From a bacterium (GTDB lineage: Bacteria > Bacillota > Clostridia > Lachnospirales > Lachnospiraceae), in contig JAUNJY010000013.1 in the NCBI GenBank assembly GCA_030535455.1, forward strand, positions 2,646 to 66,645: 64,000 nucleotides of DNA, read 5' to 3'. The translations under genes and the position numbers were made by a program. Every line of letters starts with the position of its first letter. Within the stretch, counting starts at the first letter, position 1. Shown here in pieces: positions 42,057-52,494 of the stretch. Under the pieces are notes generated by a model. That model ran no database searches, was not told the origin of the DNA, and was given only the letters and a program-made list of their open reading frames with translations.

Positions 42057-42749
42057 TTATTGTTTTCTAGGATCGATGCATTTAACAGCATCAGCTACAC
42101 GGCCGTATTGACCTCTAGCTTTTTCCATTGCTGTGTTAGCGTCGTCGCCAGCTTTAATGAAGTCCATCATTCTACCGAAGTTGATGAATTTGTAACCGAT
42201 GATTTCGTTATCTTCATCTAATGCAACTTCTGTTACATAACCTTCAGCCATTTCTAAGTAACGAGGACCTTTTGCAAGAGTTCCGTACATAGTACCAACT
42301 TGAGATCTAAGGCCTTTACCTAAATCTTCAAGACCTGCACCGATTGGAAGACCATTTTCGGAGAATGCAGATTGAGTTCTACCATATACGATTTGAAGGA
42401 ATAATTCTCTCATAGCAGTGTTGATAGCATCACATACTAAGTCAGTATTAAGAGCTTCTAATAAAGTTAATCCTGGAAGGATTTCAGAAGCCATAGCTGC
42501 TGAGTGAGTCATACCGGAACATCCGATAGTTTCTACTAATGCTTCTTCAATAATACCGTCTTTTACATTTAATGTTAATTTACATCCACCTTGTTGTGGA
42601 GCACACCAACCGATACCGTGAGTTAAACCATTAATATCAGAGATTTGTTTAGATTGTACCCATTTTGCTTCTTCTGGGATTGGAGCAGCTCCGTGGTGAA
42701 CACCTTGAGCTACTGGACACATTTGTTCTACTTCGTGTGAATAGATCAT
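42057..42749 (-). CDS. IscU/NifU-like Fe-S scaffold-family partner of GGGtGRT
   Basis: GWCAPQQGGCKLTLNVKDGIIEEALVETIGCSGMTHSA...LVCDA; start at MIYSHE (AGGAG RBS). Confidence 0.85.
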   Translation of the reverse strand: MIYSHEVEQMCPVAQGVHHGAAPIPEEAKWVQSKQISDINGLTHGIGWCAPQQGGCKLTLNVKDGIIEEALVETIGCSGMTHSAAMASEILPGLTLLEALNTDLVCDAINTAMRELFLQIVYGRTQSAFSENGLPIGAGLEDLGKGLRSQVGTMYGTLAKGPRYLEMAEGYVTEVALDEDNEIIGYKFINFGRMMDFIKAGDDANTAMEKARGQYGRVADAVKCIDPRKQ

Positions 42750-43118
42750 GTTGAAACTCCTTTCAATATACATTTTTATAAAGCAATAGACCTAAATTAC
42801 GCCAATTTCGTAATTTAACTACTGTTACGCTTCTTTTTCTGTGGCTATTTAATTATAAAATCCATATTATATGTATTTATAATACAAAATTTAACATTAC
42901 TGCCTAATAGATACTGCTCATCTATTTTTATCCACAGACGAGACTATTTTCTCACAAATTTTTCGATTAGTCTATAGGTTTTGATAATTTTTTTTCAATT
43001 TTATGGATTTTTCAGAAACGAAAAAATCGTTTTTTTTACATAAATATTGTTTTTTATTATATACAATCATGGTTTACAGGCTATTCCTAAATTATGGAGT
43101 TCGCTATTTTGCTTCTTT

Positions 43119-43163
43119 AAAGGGGAGTTACACTAAATTAACTTAGTATAACTCCCCTTTTTT
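43119..43163. terminator. Intrinsic terminator after gtrA-like gene
   Basis: AAAGGGGAGTTA...TAACTCCCCTTT. Confidence 0.75.
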
Positions 43164-43164
43164 A

Positions 43165-43626
43165 TTAACTATAAACTTCTTGCTGGTTTACTTCATTTTT
43201 GTTCTTAAATACAAATAATTTGCTAAGGATATAATTCATGATTACAACAAGTACACTTATCGCAATCTTTGCCACAAAGCCTTTAATACCGAATATCTCC
43301 TGTCTTAATCCAATGGAGATCAATACCCCTGGTCCAAAGATTTCAAATACACCGGAGCATGCCCTGGCAATAAAGAAGCTAATTGCCTCTTGTACGATAT
43401 CCTTAAGTTTTGTAGATTTACTTTCAAATACAAATATTTTATTTGTGATGTAAGCAAAGGTTACTGCTCCCATCCATGCAACTGCATTGGCAATTACAAC
43501 TGTGCTGCTAACCTTTACTACACCTATGTATATTAACCAGTTCACTATAGTTGTGGACACTCCAAATACTAAATATAAAATAATCTCTTTATACTTGGTA
43601 TAGAGTTTTACTATGTTATTGATCAT
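43165..43626 (-). CDS. GtrA-family flippase
   Basis: YLVFGVSTTIVN, FAYITNKIFVF, NYILSKLFVF. Confidence 0.9.
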   Translation of the reverse strand: MINNIVKLYTKYKEIILYLVFGVSTTIVNWLIYIGVVKVSSTVVIANAVAWMGAVTFAYITNKIFVFESKSTKLKDIVQEAISFFIARACSGVFEIFGPGVLISIGLRQEIFGIKGFVAKIAISVLVVIMNYILSKLFVFKNKNEVNQQEVYS

Positions 43627-44578
43627 CTTTCTTTTCCTCATTTTCATCAGAATAGGATAGAATTTCTTTTGCAATATAAATTGGTCGGTTCTTGCCTTCT
43701 ATATATAGCTTGGCTAAGTATTCACCGATAATACCCAATACGAGTAGCTGTAACCCGCATAATAGCAAGATTATACCGATAATGAGTTCCATTTGTGACA
43801 TTTCATGACGATTTAATAAATAATCTAATAAATATACAATAAAATACACAACTGATCCAAAGCTTAAAATTCCTCCCAAACTTACGGCTATTTTTAATGG
43901 CGCCGTAGTAAATGCCATAATGCCATCTAAGGCATAGTGAAATAATTTAACAAATGACCATTTTGATGTACCACCTTCTCGTTCCTGCACTTCATATGGC
44001 ATATAAAACACTTCGAAACCCACCCAGGAAAAAATTCCTTTGGAGAAGCGATTATACTCTGTCATATTTTGAATTGCTTGATTTACTGGCTGGCGAAATG
44101 TACGAAAATCACTTGCTCCTGAAACAAAATCTACTTCCGCCATCTTATTAATTAATTTGTAGAAGGAATTTTTGAAAAAACTTAACACCTTTCCTTCTTT
44201 TCTCTCTTCTTGATAAGCCGCTACGCAGTCAATCTCTGGCTTCTCATCTAGAATTTCAACCATTTTAACTACTACTTCTGGCCTCTGCTGTAAATCTGCA
44301 TCAATGATGGTTACGTATTCGCCAATGGCCTGTTTCAAGCCAGCGAACATTGCAGCTTCCTTTCCAAAGTTTCTTGAAAAACTTACAACCTTGATATTTT
44401 TCTCTTTCTTATTATAAATCTGATGTAATTTATGTAACGTTTGATCTCTGCTGCCGTCATTTACAAAGATTAATTCATATTCTTTAATATGATTAATGAA
44501 TGCACCCTTGACTGCTTCGTAAAACTTTTCTATTGTATCTTCCTCGTTATAACAAGGTACCACTAAGGATAGTTTCAT
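43616..44578 (-). CDS. GT2 polyprenol-phosphate glycosyltransferase (GtrB/CsbB-like)
   Basis: VVPCYNE, VNDGSRD, SRNFGKE, DADLQ, two C-terminal TMs. Confidence 0.93.
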   Translation of the reverse strand: MKLSLVVPCYNEEDTIEKFYEAVKGAFINHIKEYELIFVNDGSRDQTLHKLHQIYNKKEKNIKVVSFSRNFGKEAAMFAGLKQAIGEYVTIIDADLQQRPEVVVKMVEILDEKPEIDCVAAYQEERKEGKVLSFFKNSFYKLINKMAEVDFVSGASDFRTFRQPVNQAIQNMTEYNRFSKGIFSWVGFEVFYMPYEVQEREGGTSKWSFVKLFHYALDGIMAFTTAPLKIAVSLGGILSFGSVVYFIVYLLDYLLNRHEMSQMELIIGIILLLCGLQLLVLGIIGEYLAKLYIEGKNRPIYIAKEILSYSDENEEKKDDQ

Positions 44579-44729
44579 TATAATACGCTCTCTTTCTTAC
44601 GTAATATTGCAAACGCTAAAATTTTACCACTTATTCCATATGAATACAATCATATTGGGATTTTTTCTTCACAGAAATTTCACATTTTGGAATGCATATT
44701 AAAATAAGAGCAATCTGCATTGCTCTTAT

Positions 44730-44964
44730 CAGGCTGTAGACAAATGAAATCTTGCATTCACTCCAACGCACTGCTTAGAGGAAAGTTTGAAAACCGTAGG
44801 TTTTCATTGGAAGCGATATCCGGAAACCGCGCTTTTCGGATATCGGATTAGTGCGAATAGGTCCTGTTTTAGAAGGACTTGCACGAGTGAGCACTAATCA
44901 TTCCCCTCGACACTGGATGAAATCCTGATTTCATCCAAAGCTTGTCGACTTTGTCGACAAGCTG
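44730..44964. mobile_element. 235-bp non-coding MITE with IS1182-like ends and 26-bp target duplication
   Basis: Ends CAGGCTGTAGACAAA / TTTGTCGACAAGCTG (12/15 inverted match); ATAAGAGCAATCTGCATTGCTCTTAT repeated at 44704-44729 and 44965-44990. Confidence 0.82.
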
Positions 44965-45008
44965 ATAAGAGCAATCTGCATTGCTCTTATTCTGGTGATT
45001 CAGTATAT

Positions 45009-47885
45009 TTACTTTTTCTTTCTATAGTAAAGAATTACTCCAAGATATAATACAAGTCCAATTCCTGAAAGCATACATCCAAACAAAATCTTTGGTGTCT
45101 GATATCTGAATTCTATGGAGTGTTCTCCGGCTTCCAGCTCAACTGCCATGTACATGGTATTGGCCTGTTTTACTTCTGTCTTTTGTCCGTCTACATATGC
45201 TGTCCACCCTTCACTATATGGAATTGACATGCATAAGATCTTAGCACTGTCACAAGTAATTTTTCCTGAAATAGAATTGGTCTTTAGCTTTACATTTTTA
45301 AGTTTATTTTCTTTTAATGCACTGATCTGATCATTAATTTTATCCATTGGCTGGCATACAACGCTCATATCATTAAATTCATATTTTCCTGTATTTTTGA
45401 ACGTGATGGTCATCTTCTTTACCTTATCCTTATTGTATCCCATGTTGACAAGGTAATTGGATTTTCCAGTATAAAAGTTATAGTCGTAACTATAACAAAT
45501 CAAATTCTTAGTCACCTCTTTTGTAGCCACGTCAAAAGAACCTGTATAGTTAAATACTCTTTCCCATCCTCGACTCGCTATTTTAGCTTCTCCTTGTTCA
45601 TATGTAGTCATCGTGTCCCATACCTGATCATTAATTAGTGATAATGGATTTTGAGAGGTATAACGCAATCCATCAAAGACTAAATAAGTCTCGCTATTAG
45701 CTATTCCATCAAACTTTACTGTTATTGTAGCTTTTTTATCATTTACTTGAATTACACCGTCTTTTACTGTAATATCGCCCGTTGTCTCTATGGTGTAAGG
45801 AAGTTTGGTATTTCTTAATTCTAATTGTGTTTGCACCAAGTCTGAATCCTGTAATACTACTCCCTGCAAAAGAGCTTCCTGCTTATCTGTTGCAGATAGT
45901 TTTTCATAGTCTTCCCTGCTAATATAGCTGTCATAAGTGTATCCCATCGGAAGGGCGTTACTTGATTTATATAAATCATATATTGTTGACTTTACAGTTA
46001 CTTTTCCTGTAGTCCCATCAACACCTGCATTATCAGCTGACAATGGAAGTCCCGTCGGTGAATCAACTTTAGAAACATCTTCGAGCTCTATGGATGAAAT
46101 CTTTTTCTTATTATAGTTGTATGGCAAATACTTTTCCATATTAGTCGGAATAACAAAATGTTTCACCGATGCTAAGGTGTCTAAGATCGCCCGTCCATCT
46201 AGGTTATTATACGTATGTTCAATTCCGATATTTAAATACATTTCATCTAAATATTGGGAAATATAGCCGTTATTTAAACTAAAGTAAAATCCTGTACCAT
46301 AAAGATTATTCTGCATTGCCGTATTGTCAATCTTCGTCGTATTCATTTGATCATATCGACCGATTGGTGTCTCTTTTTGTTCTTTCACCAATTGACTTGC
46401 CAGGTTCGTTGTTAGCTTCTTATATGCCTGCCCTTGATCCACATAATCAACAATATAGTTTCCTTTTTGAAGTGAAAAAGTATAGAATGCATTTAAGAAA
46501 ACACTGATTGCTGTAACTCCAAATATAAACTGCTTCATATAGGACTTAAACAGTTTATATTCAATTGAAATTAACAAGTATATTACAATAAATAATAATA
46601 GTACTCCATTTACAACATTACGTTCCGTTCTGGATATGTAACTAATCATGGTAAGCACAAGGTAGCCAGACACTGCTCCACATACTTTTAATACTTCCCT
46701 CTTTGTTAAACGCTCCAGTTCCGGAACCATTTTTACAACTATGTAAGATACTAAGGCAGCATACCCCCAGCACCATCGATTTGATACATAGGATAATCCA
46801 TTCATAATATGTCCCACATAAGGTATCATCAGCATTGCTGTCATTACGATAAAACCAATCTTTAACTCTTTGTTCTTATCCTTCTTCATAAATAATAAGA
46901 TGACCGCAATTACACTAATTACACTAAGTCCTGTACATGTCCAGTAATCGTTGTTTGTGGTTGCAAAATTGGCAAATAGCTGAACATAATAACGCCAAGG
47001 GTATACTAGTGGAATATGATTACTTGCTCCCATACGATGTGCGCCTAATAACAAGTTTAGCACCGGAACTAATAACACTCCAGCCATTGAAATTCCGATT
47101 AATGCATACTTCATAAATTGAAGCATCATTTCTATTGCATGTCTTAATTCAAACTTGCGCATTGATAAATAGCGTATGACCACATAGATGACCGTTAGTA
47201 CACATATCATAAAGCAGAAGTAAAAATTACTAATACAAGACACTGCCAGCATTCCGATAAATAATGTTGGCTTCTTCTTATTAAGAATTCGATCTGCCCC
47301 CAGCAAGATTAACGGGAAATAGATCATCGGATTTGTAAAGTATGGATGTCTTGCCGCCGCCATTACTATATATCCACAGAAACAGTATGCTATTGTTCCT
47401 GTTAACGTCGCGGCTTTCCTATTACCATGAGATTTTGCATAATATGAGAATGTAAGACCTGCAAGGTAAATTCGAACAATGATCAATGCGTCATAAAGAT
47501 ATTCTGTATATCTCATTGGTACAAATACTGCCAATAAATCAAGTGGATCACCCATTACATAATAATGTAGCGTCGTTATAACATCTACACCATATCCAAT
47601 CGATAAGTCCCACATTGGAATTTCAAACTTATGATCAACAACGACTCCCTTTATAATTTCACGAAGCCACTCCCCATAATATGTCAATGCATTAAAATGC
47701 TGAGACAGTCCATCTCCTCTTGTTATAAGTGATTTTCCGTTGAGAAAGAAAAACGAGAATACCGCCATGCATAGTATTGCAAATACCATTGTATACAGCA
47801 GATAATAATTCATTTTATGTATGGTGTCTTCTGTCTTTTTTATAATCACTTGGCCTCTCTTACGTAATTCCTGAGATTTTATCAT
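45009..47885 (-). CDS. YfhO-family membrane glycosyltransferase (GT-C)
   Basis: DGLSQH, YYVMGDP, SNFYF, NRW, IPYSEGWTAYVDG; start at MIKSQ (AGGAGG RBS). Confidence 0.9.
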   Translation of the reverse strand: MIKSQELRKRGQVIIKKTEDTIHKMNYYLLYTMVFAILCMAVFSFFFLNGKSLITRGDGLSQHFNALTYYGEWLREIIKGVVVDHKFEIPMWDLSIGYGVDVITTLHYYVMGDPLDLLAVFVPMRYTEYLYDALIIVRIYLAGLTFSYYAKSHGNRKAATLTGTIAYCFCGYIVMAAARHPYFTNPMIYFPLILLGADRILNKKKPTLFIGMLAVSCISNFYFCFMICVLTVIYVVIRYLSMRKFELRHAIEMMLQFMKYALIGISMAGVLLVPVLNLLLGAHRMGASNHIPLVYPWRYYVQLFANFATTNNDYWTCTGLSVISVIAVILLFMKKDKNKELKIGFIVMTAMLMIPYVGHIMNGLSYVSNRWCWGYAALVSYIVVKMVPELERLTKREVLKVCGAVSGYLVLTMISYISRTERNVVNGVLLLFIVIYLLISIEYKLFKSYMKQFIFGVTAISVFLNAFYTFSLQKGNYIVDYVDQGQAYKKLTTNLASQLVKEQKETPIGRYDQMNTTKIDNTAMQNNLYGTGFYFSLNNGYISQYLDEMYLNIGIEHTYNNLDGRAILDTLASVKHFVIPTNMEKYLPYNYNKKKISSIELEDVSKVDSPTGLPLSADNAGVDGTTGKVTVKSTIYDLYKSSNALPMGYTYDSYISREDYEKLSATDKQEALLQGVVLQDSDLVQTQLELRNTKLPYTIETTGDITVKDGVIQVNDKKATITVKFDGIANSETYLVFDGLRYTSQNPLSLINDQVWDTMTTYEQGEAKIASRGWERVFNYTGSFDVATKEVTKNLICYSYDYNFYTGKSNYLVNMGYNKDKVKKMTITFKNTGKYEFNDMSVVCQPMDKINDQISALKENKLKNVKLKTNSISGKITCDSAKILCMSIPYSEGWTAYVDGQKTEVKQANTMYMAVELEAGEHSIEFRYQTPKILFGCMLSGIGLVLYLGVILYYRKKK

Positions 47886-47998
47886 TCTATTCCTCCTAAA
47901 GAAAATTACTGCAATTTCGTTGTCCTTATGTATCGTGCTGAGCACATAAAAATAGAGCCTTTCCAACGATATCTGAAAAGCTCTATTAAACTCTTTAT

Positions 47999-48673
47999 TT
48001 AGTCCACTCTTTTTCCTGCTACTTCACCAGCTTTTTTATAAATGCTGTTTTCTGCAACATATCCGCGAACCATAGATAATGGATAAACATTAGAATTTCT
48101 ACCAATGATTGTTCCTGGATTTAAGACACTATTACAACCGATTTCCACATGATCACCAACCATGGCACCCATCTTAATTCTTCCTGTTTCCACTTTTTCG
48201 CCATCTACATTCACAGTGACTGGGGAACGGTCGGATTTGATATTGGATGTAATGGAACCTGCACCAAAGTGTGCCTTATAACCTAAAATAGAATCTCCAA
48301 CATAGTTATAATGTGGTACTTGAACGCTGTTAAATAAAACTACGTTTTTAAGCTCTGTTGAATTACCAACAGTTGCTCCTTCTCCAACTAATGCATTTCC
48401 ACGAATAAATGCACAGTGACGGATTTCAGCACCTTTACCAATGATTGCTGGACCATTGATGAAAGCAGTTGGAGCAACGCAAGCATCTTTTGCAATCCAG
48501 ACATTGTCACCTACTTTGTCATATTCACTTTCTGGCAAGGAAGCTCCTAATGTCATGATAAACTCTGAAATAAGAGGTAATACCTCCCATGGATAATTAT
48601 GTTCGTTTAATAAATCTGCTGCAATTGTCTGATCTAAATCATATAGATTTTTAATAAGTAATTGTTCGTACAT
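47999..48673 (-). CDS. Hexapeptide-repeat acetyltransferase resembling the GlmU C-terminal domain
   Basis: YPWEVL, GNSTELKN, PHYNYVGDSILG, GCNSVLNPG. Confidence 0.8.
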   Translation of the reverse strand: MYEQLLIKNLYDLDQTIAADLLNEHNYPWEVLPLISEFIMTLGASLPESEYDKVGDNVWIAKDACVAPTAFINGPAIIGKGAEIRHCAFIRGNALVGEGATVGNSTELKNVVLFNSVQVPHYNYVGDSILGYKAHFGAGSITSNIKSDRSPVTVNVDGEKVETGRIKMGAMVGDHVEIGCNSVLNPGTIIGRNSNVYPLSMVRGYVAENSIYKKAGEVAGKRVD

Positions 48674-48789
48674 ATTGCGCCTCATTTCTCTCAATAATAA
48701 ACGTAATTTTACCATATTCATTATAAGTTGTAAACGGTAGAAGACCAGGATACATTGTACTGTTTCCTGGTCTTCCTTTTATCTACAAA

Positions 48790-50829
48790 TTATTTGCTTT
48801 TTTTCACTTTATAGTTGCTGGCTGCTTCATCAAAATAACGATACAGCTGATTTTGATAATTGGTTGTCTTTACCTTATCTGTCATACGCTCAATAAAGCT
48901 TTCTAGCTTCTGCATATACTCTTCTTTTGTAATCGTTCCTTCTGCCACATACGTTAAGCCTTTTTCCCAACTTGCCGTAAGTTCAGGATTAAGAAGGCTC
49001 TTAATGGATGCACTTACAATATCGAAGACTAACTCACCAATCAAATGAGGCGTTACGATCTGTGTCTTCTTGTTAAGACTCAAGTATTCAATCTTAATCA
49101 GTTTATTTAGGATTTCGGCTCTTGTGGCACTGGTTCCGATACCACTGCCCTTCATCTGGGCACGAAGCTCTTCATCCTCGATTAACTGACCTGCATTTTC
49201 CATTGCTAAGATCAAAGAACCTGAATTATAACGTTTTGGTGGTGACGTTTCGCCTTCTTTTACAGCAAAATCTTTGATGTTTACGGTTGTTCCTTTTTTC
49301 AATGCATGAAGGGTTGCAAGAAGTGCTTCATCCAATGTATTAGCGTTATCGGAAGATCCACCTTGATCACTGTCTTCGTCCTGTTTTGCCTTTGCTCTTT
49401 TTGAGAAAGAGTTGGTTGTTACTTTAAGATATCCTTGGTTTACTAATACCTTGAAGTTGGCAAAGAAACGTTCATTTTCACGTAAAAATGTTAGGCCGAT
49501 TTTTTGATATTCTGCCGGTGGGTAAAATACACTTAAGAAACGTCTTACAATTACTTCATAGACACGGCTTGCCGTCATGGATACGCTGTTTAAGGCACTA
49601 AGTCCCTGACCGGTTGGAATAATGGCATAATGGTCTGTGATTTGCTTATCATTCACATAACGAGTCTTCGCAATATTTTTATAACTGCCGCTTGCTAATA
49701 CTTCCCCCGCAAGCTCTCTTGCCACTGGATATCCTTTTAGTCCGCCAATGTTCTTATGGATTTCCTTTGCTACTGCAGTGGATAATACTCTGGCATCGGT
49801 TCTTGGATAGGTTACTAACTTCTTTTCATATAGTTCCTGTACGATTTTTAATGTCTCATCCGGACTGATCTTAAATAACTTGGAGCATTCATTTTGAAGC
49901 TCTGCTAAGTTGAAAAGTAAAGGGGCATTCTTTAGTTCCTTCTTCTTTTCAACCTTGTCCACAATGGCTGTCAGCGGCTGTTTCTGGCTTAACATGTCGA
50001 TTAAGCCTAAAGCAATCTCTTTTTCCTTAAATCCATTTTCCTTATAAAGGGCTGGGGATTCAAAGAACTTGGAACCAGCAACTGCCTTCCATTCGCCTTC
50101 TACCATCTTTCCTGCTAAATCAAAATTACCGACCACGCGGTAGAATGGCGTCTTTACAAATGCTCGTATTTCTCGTTCTCTTCTTACGACCATTCCGAGT
50201 ACACAAGTCATTACTCGGCCTACACTGATTGCCATATACTTTTCACGATTTAAATACTTCATTAAATTATTTCCGTATTTTAAGGTGATGACACGGCTGA
50301 AGTTAATCCCCATTAGGTAATCTTCCATTGCTCTTAGATAGGCCGCATCACCTAAATTGTCATATTCACTTAGCGGTTTTGCTTCTTTGATTCCACGCAG
50401 GATTTCTTCCTCTGTCTGGGAATCAATCCATACACGATATTTTTCTTTGTCCGGTCCTACACCTGCCATCTGATCTACAAGACGGTATATGTATTCCCCT
50501 TCACGTCCTGAATCGGTACAGACATAAATTCTTGATACATCTTTTCGTGTTAATAAGCTTTTTACAATATCGAACTGCTTACTTACACCCGGAATCACTT
50601 CGTATTTGAATTCTTCTGGTATAAATGGAAGCGTTTGAAATGTCCAACGTTTTAGTGCTGGGTCATAGGCTTCCGGATAACTCATGGTTACAAGATGCCC
50701 TACACACCATGTCACGATCGCGTCATCAGTCTCAATATACCCATCTTTATTGGATCCATTTAGTTTCAGTGCCTTGGCAAATTCACGCGCAACACTTGGT
50801 TTTTCTGATATATATAAGTATTTCGACAT
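48790..50829 (-). CDS. topB: Type IA DNA topoisomerase (topoisomerase III-like)
   Basis: SEKPSVA, TDSGREGE, GRVMT, TYPRTD, GIGTSATRA. Confidence 0.9.
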   Translation of the reverse strand: MSKYLYISEKPSVAREFAKALKLNGSNKDGYIETDDAIVTWCVGHLVTMSYPEAYDPALKRWTFQTLPFIPEEFKYEVIPGVSKQFDIVKSLLTRKDVSRIYVCTDSGREGEYIYRLVDQMAGVGPDKEKYRVWIDSQTEEEILRGIKEAKPLSEYDNLGDAAYLRAMEDYLMGINFSRVITLKYGNNLMKYLNREKYMAISVGRVMTCVLGMVVRREREIRAFVKTPFYRVVGNFDLAGKMVEGEWKAVAGSKFFESPALYKENGFKEKEIALGLIDMLSQKQPLTAIVDKVEKKKELKNAPLLFNLAELQNECSKLFKISPDETLKIVQELYEKKLVTYPRTDARVLSTAVAKEIHKNIGGLKGYPVARELAGEVLASGSYKNIAKTRYVNDKQITDHYAIIPTGQGLSALNSVSMTASRVYEVIVRRFLSVFYPPAEYQKIGLTFLRENERFFANFKVLVNQGYLKVTTNSFSKRAKAKQDEDSDQGGSSDNANTLDEALLATLHALKKGTTVNIKDFAVKEGETSPPKRYNSGSLILAMENAGQLIEDEELRAQMKGSGIGTSATRAEILNKLIKIEYLSLNKKTQIVTPHLIGELVFDIVSASIKSLLNPELTASWEKGLTYVAEGTITKEEYMQKLESFIERMTDKVKTTNYQNQLYRYFDEAASNYKVKKSK

Positions 50830-51056
50830 ACAAAATCTCTACTTTCCTAAAATGCAAACTCCTACCATTATACTACATCTCACAACATTTTTCATGCAGA
50901 AATTTATCTTCTATCTCTATTCTATAATATGACTTAAACTTTCATTTTCATTTCTGCAGCAACTATACATTTTACACTACTTATGCTAAAATTTTTTTGT
51001 AAATTTATAACATGGAAATCAATCTATGATTTTCCTCATAAATATGGAGGTATCTT

Positions 51057-51692
51057 ATGAACCCAAAAGAACAATCTTATAAAAATTTAAGTGAAACCTT
51101 AATCAAGAAATTAGCCCTTCGTAATATGGAAGGCTATTACTGTAACACAAAAGAAGAAGCCAAAGACCTTGCCTTAAGCCTTATGGAAAAAGGAAGCAGC
51201 GTAACTTGGGGTGGCTCTATGACCATTAGTGAAATCGGCTTACTAGATGCCCTTTCTGAAGACGACTATACAATCCTTGATCGTTCCATTGCAAAGACTC
51301 CAGAAGAACAACGTGAGTTTTATGGAAGAGCTGTTATGGCCGACTACTTCTTAATGAGCAGTAACGCCATTACTTTAGATGGACAGCTTGTTAATATCGA
51401 TGGAAATGGAAATCGTGTTGCCTGTCTTATTACCGGACCTCGCAATGTCATTGTTATTGCCGGCATCAATAAACTAGTTCCTGATGTAAAATCCGGCATT
51501 GAGCGAGTACATAACTTCGCTGCACCACCAAATGGTGTCCGTCTTAATACTGGTACACCTTGCAGTACGACTGGCGTCTGTGCTAATTGCCTGGCTGACG
51601 GATGCATGTGCTGTCAGGAAGTCGTTACTCGTAAATCTAGAGTAAAGGGCAGAATTAAAGTTATTATTGTTGGTGAATCTTTAGGATATTAG
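51057..51692 (+). CDS. LUD-domain (lactate utilization family) protein
   Basis: GGSMT, SSNAITLDG, DGNGNRVA, GINKLV, Cys cluster. Confidence 0.85.
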   Translation: MNPKEQSYKNLSETLIKKLALRNMEGYYCNTKEEAKDLALSLMEKGSSVTWGGSMTISEIGLLDALSEDDYTILDRSIAKTPEEQREFYGRAVMADYFLMSSNAITLDGQLVNIDGNGNRVACLITGPRNVIVIAGINKLVPDVKSGIERVHNFAAPPNGVRLNTGTPCSTTGVCANCLADGCMCCQEVVTRKSRVKGRIKVIIVGESLGY

Positions 51693-51731
51693 AGCGCACC
51701 AAGACTTGTCTTAGTGCTGTAGGTAATGAAT

Positions 51732-51765
51732 GGTCCGGTGCCACATTGTGGTACCGGGCCTTTTT
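51732..51765 (+). terminator. Intrinsic terminator
   Basis: GGTCCGGTGCCACA/TGTGGTACCGGGCC followed by TTTTT. Confidence 0.75.
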
Positions 51766-51883
51766 CGATTCGAGGAAGCATTTTGCTCACTCTAACAAAT
51801 ATTGTAAATCCTTTCTCTGTTTGCTATACTCAATTTATGCTTAAGTAACTTGATTAATTCTATTTTTATAAGGAGTGAAATTA

Positions 51884-51964
51884 ATGAAGTATCGTATCAA
51901 AACGTTTGGTGAATTGCAACCTGTAAGCTTTAAGGAAAGAATAGTAAGGAGGCGTTACCGATGA
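51884..51964 (+). CDS. 26-aa small ORF MKYRIKTFGELQPVSFKERIVRRRYR, coupled to the next gene
   Basis: AAGGAGTG RBS; TGA overlaps downstream ATG (ATGA). Confidence 0.4.
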   Translation: MKYRIKTFGELQPVSFKERIVRRRYR

Positions 51965-52431
51965 GTACATATCAGACTAGCCTTACCGTGCTAGAGGAAT
52001 TATTTCAACGAGACTATCAATTTGTTCTCTCCACCTGCAAAAACAATATGCCTTCTTCAAGATGCGTGGACACCTATTATTCTGACGGAAGCTTTTGGAT
52101 CGTAACCTATGCTAAATCCCAAAAAGTGACTGAGATTATGCACAATCCCTATGTTTCATTATGTAGCAATCTTTTTCGTTTTTCGGGAAAAGCCTATAAT
52201 TGCGGCCATCCTTTACAAGAAGAAAATGCTGCTATCCGTTCTGAGCTAATCAAGGCTTTTGAGCCCTGGTATTTTAAACATAATGATGAAGGTGACCAGG
52301 CTATGTGTTATGTCAAAGTAGAATTGGAACACGGTTTTTTCTTTAAGGATGGAAAAGGATATGAGGTAGACTTTCTGGCACAGGAAGCAAAGGAATTTCC
52401 ATTTAAAACGGACATCATGCTCCTAAACTAA
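51961..52431 (+). CDS. Pyridoxamine 5'-phosphate oxidase-family protein
   Basis: LSTC..NMPSSRCVD..Y..TYAKSQKV.EI..NPYVSL. Confidence 0.8.
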   Translation: MSTYQTSLTVLEELFQRDYQFVLSTCKNNMPSSRCVDTYYSDGSFWIVTYAKSQKVTEIMHNPYVSLCSNLFRFSGKAYNCGHPLQEENAAIRSELIKAFEPWYFKHNDEGDQAMCYVKVELEHGFFFKDGKGYEVDFLAQEAKEFPFKTDIMLLN

Positions 52432-52494
52432 AACAAACTTTTACCTCTATATTTCAAACCACTTACATATACTTTATTATCTAAAATATTGTAG

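Noticed and set aside
48790-50829. topB as a marker of a conjugative element
   Set aside because: It is flanked by housekeeping genes, with no T4SS, relaxase or att sites nearby.
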